A model generated the notes under the pieces. It saw nothing but the letters and a program-made list of their open reading frames with translations, made no database searches and was not told the origin of the DNA. A DNA stretch of 32,000 nt. Source: Alkanindiges sp. WGS2144 (GTDB lineage: Bacteria > Pseudomonadota > Gammaproteobacteria > Pseudomonadales > Moraxellaceae). The DNA lies in NCBI RefSeq assembly GCF_043950625.1, contig NZ_CP171007.1; one strand, 5' to 3'. The position numbers were made by a program, and so were the translations under genes. Shown one piece after another: positions 26,146 through 32,000 of the stretch (its first letter is position 1; each line of letters opens with the position of its first letter).

Positions 26146-29100
26146 TTATTCTTCGTTTAATGCTTGACTAAAGGCTTGATCTACCTCAGAGAAGTCTGTG
26201 GTCAAGGCAGCTTCAGCTTCTTCAGCTTCCTGACGGCGACGCTCTAAGTGATAGGCAAGGCCTGTACCGGCAGGAATCAAGCGACCAACTACCACGTTTT
26301 CTTTCAGACCGCGCAGATCGTCTTCCTTGCCAGTTACCGCTGCTTCGGTCAGAACGCGAGTGGTTTCCTGGAACGATGCTGCCGAAATGAAGGAATCAGT
26401 AGACAGCGACGCTTTGGTAATACCCATCAGCAAGCGCTCAAAACGAGCCGGGAATTTACCTTGTGCCAGCAGTGCTTCATTTTCTTCCACCACGCGGGAA
26501 TATTCGCCCTGCTCACCCTTAATAAAGCTGGAATCACCACCCTCCAGGATTTCAACCTTACGCAACATCTGGCGAATAATCACCTCAATATGCTTATCGT
26601 TGATTTTTACACCCTGTAAGCGGTAAACGTCCTGCACCTCATTGACGATGTAAGTCGCCAGCTGGGCTTCACCTTTCAAGCGCAAAATGTCATGCGGGTT
26701 TTGCGGGCCATCAGACACCACTTCACCACGTTCAACATATTCACCTTCGAATACGTTGATCTGACGCCATTTCGGAATTAGCTCTTCGTACACTTCAGAG
26801 CCATCATCCGGGGTAATGACCAGACGATTCTTGCCCTTGGTTTCTTTACCAAAGCTCACCACGCCGGACACTTCGGCCAGAATCGCATGCTCTTTTGGCT
26901 TACGTGCTTCGAACAGGTCGGCAACACGCGGCAGACCACCGGTAATGTCGCGAGTACGGGAAGATTCCTGTGGTACACGGCCAATCACATCACCCACACC
27001 AATATTGTCGCCATCACGAACGGTCAAAATGGTATTTTGTGGCAGGAAGTAGAACTGCTCACCGCCATCAACGGTGTCCAGTACTACAGCAGGACGCAAT
27101 TCCTTGCCAGATGCCGGACGATCCTTAACTGCCATGATCTCAACGGTAGACATGCCGGTAGCGTCATCAGTTTTGGCCGTCGCAGTGGTGCCATCCAGAA
27201 TTTGCGAGAAGCGAACCTTACCGGCCACTTCAGTGATTAAAGGATGGGTATGCGGATCCCAGGTTGCCACAATGGCACCGGCTTCCACAGTTTCACCATC
27301 TTTAACCATAATGGAGGCACCGTAAGGCACTTTATAGCGCTCACGCTCACGACCCAGATCATCCGCCACACCAATTTCAGCAGAGCGTGAAACCGCAACC
27401 AGATGACCCTTATGGTGCTCAACTGTCTTAATGTTATGGAAACGCACTGCACCCTTATTACGCACTTGTACGCTGTTGGCCGCAGACGTTCGGCTCGCTG
27501 CACCACCTACGTGGAAAGTACGCATGGTTAACTGGGTGCCTGGTTCACCAATGGATTGCGCTGCCATCACACCCACAGACTCACCGGCATTGACCAGATG
27601 CCCACGGGCCAGATCACGGCCATAACACTTGGCGCATACCCCGAAACGGGTTTTACAGGTAATGACCGAGCGAACTTTTACTTCGTCCACACCGGCTTGC
27701 TCCAGACGCTCAACCCAGCCTTCATCCAGCAGGGTATTGGCTTCAGCAAATACTTCATCACTGCCCGGCTTTAACACCTCAACGGCAACCACGCGACCCA
27801 GCACGCGATCACGCAATGGCTCAATCACATCACCGCCCTGAATCAACGGTGTCATGAACAGGCCATCTGTAGTACCACAATCAGGCTCAGTAATCACCAG
27901 ATCCTGTGCCACATCAACCAGACGACGGGTCAGATAACCAGAGTTTGCAGTTTTCAATGCAGTATCAGCCAGACCTTTACGCGCACCGTGGGTCGAAATA
28001 AAGTACTGTAATACCGTTAAGCCTTCACGGAAGTTAGCCTTAATGGGTGTTTCAATGATCGAACCGTCTGGTTTGGCCATCAGTCCACGCATACCCGCTA
28101 ACTGACGAATCTGTGCCGCGCTACCACGTGCACCAGAATCGGACATGATATAAATGGAGTTAAAGGATTTTTGTTTTTCCTCTTGCCCTTGTTTGTTGAC
28201 AACCGTCTCATGAGACAGATTGTCCATCATGGCCTTGGCGACCTGGTCGTTAGTACGCGCCCAGATATCGACCACTTTATTGTAACGCTCACCAGCTGTC
28301 ACAAAGCCCTGTTCAAACTGATGCTCAATTTCACGCACTTCAGCTTCAGCTTTTCCAATGATTTCATCTTTGGTCGGCGGAATTAGCATGTCTTCCATAC
28401 CAACAGACACACCAGACAAAGTGGCCTGACGGAAACCTAAGTACATCAGTTGGTCAGCGAAAATTACCGTGTCTTTTAAACCTTGCTTGCGATAACAGGT
28501 ATTGATCAGCTTGGAGATGTTCTTTTTGGTCATCACATCATTGACCTGATCAAAGTTCATGCCTTCTGGCACAATACTCCACAACAGGCAACGACCCGGC
28601 GTAGTATCTACCAGACGGTCATGGACAACTTTTTGTCCCTGCTCATCAATCGTTGTTTCCTTCACACGCACTTTAATTCGTGCATGTAAGGCCACTTGTT
28701 TGGTTGCAAGCGCACGGTTGACTTCGTCGGTATCGGCGAACACCATGCCTTCCCCTTTGGCATTGATCGCATCACGGCTGATGTAATACAGACCTAGTAC
28801 CACGTCCTGTGATGGAACAATAATAGGCTCACCGTTGGCTGGTGACAGGATGTTGTTGGTTGACATCATCAGCGCACGGGCTTCCAGTTGCGCCTCCAGA
28901 GTCAGCGGCACGTGTACGGCCATTTGGTCACCGTCAAAGTCGGCGTTAAATGCTGTACATACCAGTGGGTGCAATTGAATGGCCTTACCTTCAATCAGGG
29001 TTGGCTCAAACGCTTGCAGACCCAAGCGGTGTAGGGTCGGTGCACGGTTTAGCAATACCGGATGCTCACGGATGACCGAGGCCAGTACGTCCCACACCTC

Positions 29101-30333
29101 AGGTGTCTCGCGCTCAACCATTTTCTTGGCGGCTTTAATGGTGGTTGCCTGACCAGACGCTTGCAGCTTGGCAAAAATAAATGGCTTGAATAGTTCCAGC
29201 GCCATTTTCTTGGGCAGGCCACACTGATGCAGGCGCAGGGTTGGACCTACGACAATCACCGAACGGCCAGAGTAATCTACGCGCTTACCCAGCAGGTTCT
29301 GACGGAAACGACCCTGCTTACCCTTAATCATGTCAGCCAAGGATTTCAGCGGGCGCTTGTTACTACCGGTAATGGCACGACCACGGCGTCCGTTATCCAG
29401 CAAGGCATCTACTGCTTCCTGCAACATGCGTTTTTCATTACGTACGATAATGTCAGGCGCAGACAGATCCAGCAGACGCTTTAAACGGTTGTTACGATTA
29501 ATAACGCGACGATACAGATCGTTTAGATCAGACGTGGCAAAACGGCCGCCTTCCAGTGGTACCAGCGGACGTAAATCCGGCGGCAATACGGGCAGAACGT
29601 TCATTACCATCCATTCCGGCTTGTTGTTGGAATCACGGAATGCTTCCATTAACTTCAAGCGCTTGGATGATTTTTTCAGCTTGGTTTCAGAGGTGGTTTG
29701 TGGAATTTCTTCACGCAAACGGGCAATTTCTGCTTCAAGATCGATATCTTTTAGCAAGTCCTGAACCGCCTCAGCACCCATTTTGGCAACAAACTCATCG
29801 CCGTGTTCTTCTAAAGCCGTGTAGTACTCTTCATCAGACAGTAACTGGTATTTTTCCAGTGGAGACATGCCCGGATCGGTCACCACATAGCTTTCAAAAT
29901 ACAATACGCGCTCAATGTCACGCAAAGTCATGTCCAGCAACAATCCAATGCGGCTGGGCAGAGATTTTAAAAACCAGATATGGGCAACTGGAGAAGCCAG
30001 CTCAATATGACCCATACGGTCACGGCGCACTTTTGCAGTGGTGACTTCAACACCACATTTTTCGCAAATCACGCCTTTAAATTTCATCCGCTTGTATTTG
30101 CCACACAAGCATTCGTAATCTTTTACCGGGCCAAAGATTTTGGCACAGAACAAACCATCACGTTCTGGCTTAAACGTACGGTAGTTAATGGTTTCAGGCT
30201 TTTTTACTTCGCCATGAGACCACGATTTGATCATTTCTGGTGACGCAAGACCAATACGGATACGATCAAACTCAACGCTGCCAGCGTTATCTGAGTCTGT
30301 CTTCTTACGCATGATATCGAGCAAGTCTTTCAA
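26146..30333 (-). CDS. rpoC: DNA-directed RNA polymerase subunit beta-prime RpoC
   Basis: Signature blocks are present: [12 protein letters not shown] (catalytic Asp triad), the zinc-binding [23 protein letters not shown], and the trigger-loop and bridge-helix regions. The likely start is the TTG at 30333 (giving [11 protein letters not shown], the conserved N-terminus), with a GGAGA 7 nt upstream. The maximal ORF starts at the ATG at 30369. Confidence 0.95.
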   Translation of the reverse strand: MKDLLDIMRKKTDSDNAGSVEFDRIRIGLASPEMIKSWSHGEVKKPETINYRTFKPERDGLFCAKIFGPVKDYECLCGKYKRMKFKGVICEKCGVEVTTAKVRRDRMGHIELASPVAHIWFLKSLPSRIGLLLDMTLRDIERVLYFESYVVTDPGMSPLEKYQLLSDEEYYTALEEHGDEFVAKMGAEAVQDLLKDIDLEAEIARLREEIPQTTSETKLKKSSKRLKLMEAFRDSNNKPEWMVMNVLPVLPPDLRPLVPLEGGRFATSDLNDLYRRVINRNNRLKRLLDLSAPDIIVRNEKRMLQEAVDALLDNGRRGRAITGSNKRPLKSLADMIKGKQGRFRQNLLGKRVDYSGRSVIVVGPTLRLHQCGLPKKMALELFKPFIFAKLQASGQATTIKAAKKMVERETPEVWDVLASVIREHPVLLNRAPTLHRLGLQAFEPTLIEGKAIQLHPLVCTAFNADFDGDQMAVHVPLTLEAQLEARALMMSTNNILSPANGEPIIVPSQDVVLGLYYISRDAINAKGEGMVFADTDEVNRALATKQVALHARIKVRVKETTIDEQGQKVVHDRLVDTTPGRCLLWSIVPEGMNFDQVNDVMTKKNISKLINTCYRKQGLKDTVIFADQLMYLGFRQATLSGVSVGMEDMLIPPTKDEIIGKAEAEVREIEHQFEQGFVTAGERYNKVVDIWARTNDQVAKAMMDNLSHETVVNKQGQEEKQKSFNSIYIMSDSGARGSAAQIRQLAGMRGLMAKPDGSIIETPIKANFREGLTVLQYFISTHGARKGLADTALKTANSGYLTRRLVDVAQDLVITEPDCGTTDGLFMTPLIQGGDVIEPLRDRVLGRVVAVEVLKPGSDEVFAEANTLLDEGWVERLEQAGVDEVKVRSVITCKTRFGVCAKCYGRDLARGHLVNAGESVGVMAAQSIGEPGTQLTMRTFHVGGAASRTSAANSVQVRNKGAVRFHNIKTVEHHKGHLVAVSRSAEIGVADDLGRERERYKVPYGASIMVKDGETVEAGAIVATWDPHTHPLITEVAGKVRFSQILDGTTATAKTDDATGMSTVEIMAVKDRPASGKELRPAVVLDTVDGGEQFYFLPQNTILTVRDGDNIGVGDVIGRVPQESSRTRDITGGLPRVADLFEARKPKEHAILAEVSGVVSFGKETKGKNRLVITPDDGSEVYEELIPKWRQINVFEGEYVERGEVVSDGPQNPHDILRLKGEAQLATYIVNEVQDVYRLQGVKINDKHIEVIIRQMLRKVEILEGGDSSFIKGEQGEYSRVVEENEALLAQGKFPARFERLLMGITKASLSTDSFISAASFQETTRVLTEAAVTGKEDDLRGLKENVVVGRLIPAGTGLAYHLERRRQEAEEAEAALTTDFSEVDQAFSQALNEE

Positions 30334-30476
30334 TTCATTTCTCCGTGAGCCAGATAATTGATTTTTCATTATCCGGCTGGGTCACAAATAATTTCCTGAG
30401 CGGTGATTAGCTTGCAGGCCTTTTAGCCCACAAGATGAGAAGCAGCTTTTTGCCAGCGCTTCTCTGCCAGCTTTAA

Positions 30477-32000
30477 TCAGTCACCATTTTTCAATTCAAT
30501 ATTAATACCCAAGGATTTAATTTCCTTGGTTAACACATTGAACGATTCAGGCATGCCCGGATCCATATAATGGTTGCCGTCTACAATGTTCTTATAGATA
30601 CGGGTACGCCCTTCTACGTCATCCGATTTCACAGTGAGCATTTCCTGTAAGGTATAGGTTGCGCCATACGCTTCCAGTGCCCATACTTCCATCTCACCAA
30701 AACGCTGACCACCAAACTGCGCTTTACCGCCTAGTGGCTGCTGGGTAACCAAAGAATAAGAACCGGTTGAACGCGCATGCATCTTGTCATCCACCAAGTG
30801 GTTGAGTTTGAGCATGTACATATAACCCACGGTTACTGGGCGATCAAACTGCTCACCGGTACGGCCATCAAACAGAATCTGCTGACCGGTTTCCGACAGA
30901 TCAGCCAGTTTCAGCAACTGCTTGATCTGGGTTTCCTCAGCACCGTCAAAGACCGGGGTAGCAATGGGTACGCCACCTTTTAGGTTACCTGCCAGATTCA
31001 GTACTTCTGTGTCAGTCAGGGCGCTCAGGCTTTCCTGTTCACCACCGACCTGGTTGTAAATCTTGTCTAAAAATTCACGCAGCTCATTGGTCTGACGTTG
31101 CTGTTTGAGCATGCTATCAATTTTCTGACCTAGACCTTTGGCTGCTAGACCTAGATGCGTTTCCAGAATCTGACCCACGTTCATACGCGATGGTACACCC
31201 AGCGGGTTTAATACCACATCAACCGGCTCGCCATTCTCATCGTATGGCATATCTTCAACCGGCATAATGACGGACACCACGCCCTTGTTACCATGACGAC
31301 CTGCCATCTTGTCACCCGGCTGAATGCGACGCTTCACCGCCAAATAAACCTTGACTACCTTTAGCACACCATGGGTCAGCTCATCGCCGGTAGACAGCTT
31401 GCGCTTTTTCTCGGTGAATTTGTCATCAATTTCCTTTTCCTTCTCACGCAAAAAGTCCTGGATTTGCTGCAAACGCTCAGCGACGGCTTCATCAACAGGC
31501 TGTACATCCAGCAACTGGTTTAGCTCAAGACCCACCAGAACACTATCGTCCAGCACATCACCACGACGGGTAGAACCACCACCATTCACCTTCTGGCCAT
31601 TGAGCAGCTTCACCACACGCTCACGGGCAGCTTCTTCAAAGATCCGGTATTCTTCTTTTAGATCCTTGCGATACGCATCCAGCTGGGCTTTTTCAATCGC
31701 CAGCGCACGCTCATCTTTTTCCAGACCATCACGGGTGAATACCTGAACGTCAATGACTGTTCCTTTGGTACCAGATGGTACACGCAGGGATGAATCTTTC
31801 ACGTCAGCCGCTTTTTCACCAAAAATGGCACGCAACAGCTTTTCTTCCGGAGTGAGCTGAGTTTCACCCTTAGGTGTTACCTTGCCCACCAGAATATCGC
31901 CAGCGTTGACTTCTGCACCAATATAAACAATACCGGATTCATCCAGCTTGGACAGTGCAGCTTCGCCCACGTTTGGAATATCAGCAGTGATTTCCTCAGA
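30477..32000 (-). CDS. rpoB: DNA-directed RNA polymerase subunit beta RpoB, C-terminal ~508 codons (5' part beyond the window)
   Basis: The frame is open to position 32000 ([31 protein letters not shown]...). The sequence matches my recollection of E. coli RpoB through [23 protein letters not shown] and [41 protein letters not shown]. Confidence 0.95.
   Translation of the reverse strand, partial: SEEITADIPNVGEAALSKLDESGIVYIGAEVNAGDILVGKVTPKGETQLTPEEKLLRAIFGEKAADVKDSSLRVPSGTKGTVIDVQVFTRDGLEKDERALAIEKAQLDAYRKDLKEEYRIFEEAARERVVKLLNGQKVNGGGSTRRGDVLDDSVLVGLELNQLLDVQPVDEAVAERLQQIQDFLREKEKEIDDKFTEKKRKLSTGDELTHGVLKVVKVYLAVKRRIQPGDKMAGRHGNKGVVSVIMPVEDMPYDENGEPVDVVLNPLGVPSRMNVGQILETHLGLAAKGLGQKIDSMLKQQRQTNELREFLDKIYNQVGGEQESLSALTDTEVLNLAGNLKGGVPIATPVFDGAEETQIKQLLKLADLSETGQQILFDGRTGEQFDRPVTVGYMYMLKLNHLVDDKMHARSTGSYSLVTQQPLGGKAQFGGQRFGEMEVWALEAYGATYTLQEMLTVKSDDVEGRTRIYKNIVDGNHYMDPGMPESFNVLTKEIKSLGINIELKNGD

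Noticed and set aside
30437-30464. 7-bp hairpin (GAGAAGC...GCTTCTC) in the rpoB-rpoC spacer, considered as a possible attenuator or processing site
   Set aside because: Such structures are known in the E. coli rpoBC spacer. Here the stem is short with a 14-nt loop and no U tract, and I cannot support a specific function from sequence alone.
26248-31746. Numerous plus-strand ORFs (up to 162 aa, e.g. 29330..29764, 29556..30044, 31351..31746) antisense to rpoC and rpoB
   Set aside because: They lie opposite two of the most conserved bacterial genes. Their Arg/Ser/Thr-rich shadow-frame composition is typical of antisense frames.
1-32000. CRISPR arrays, rRNA genes, prophage or defence-system gene clusters
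   Set aside because: No regularly spaced direct repeats, rRNA-like sequence, phage structural or integrase genes, or recognisable defence-gene combinations were seen on either strand.

Overview
This is a chromosomal, mostly core-genome window from a gammaproteobacterium. From memory only, RpoB/RpoC, PlsB, the His enzymes and the pseudomonad-type ThrB look Moraxellaceae/Acinetobacter-like; no search was possible. Gene order: corA-like 5' part (-), plsB (+), then a minus-strand heavy-metal efflux operon (czcI-like, czcC, czcB, czcA, czcD) whose last four genes overlap. Upstream of it on the same strand lie a UPF0126/TRIC-like channel gene, ychJ and a TerC-CBS-CorC membrane protein gene. Next come tRNA-Phe (-) and a PanZ-like GNAT (-), then hisB-hisH-hisA (+), a small membrane protein and thrB (-), and hisF (+). 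These are followed by a secreted DRGH-type non-specific nuclease with a tightly linked small acidic ORF (-). An AT-rich islet then holds two small secreted low-complexity proteins separated by an IS5-family insertion sequence. The window ends with kup (-), tRNA-Ser(GGA) (+), a lipoprotein (+), rpoC (-) and the 3' part of rpoB (-). I found no CRISPR array, no rRNA, and no convincing new multi-gene system such as a defence island. The most unusual items are listed here. (1) Two hairpin elements flank the IS; their apex is conserved and their basal stems differ in sequence but both pair. (2) The nuclease plus acidic ORF may be a nuclease/inhibitor pair. (3) The IS has an A9 recoding site that needs a +1 shift, and it sits in a near-palindromic context. 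(4) One small secreted protein carries a Met/His-rich cluster. (5) A perfect 24-bp palindrome lies upstream of the lipoprotein gene. (6) A 395-nt gene-free gap lies upstream of the TerC-family gene. All functional calls rest on motif and sequence recognition by eye, not on database searches.
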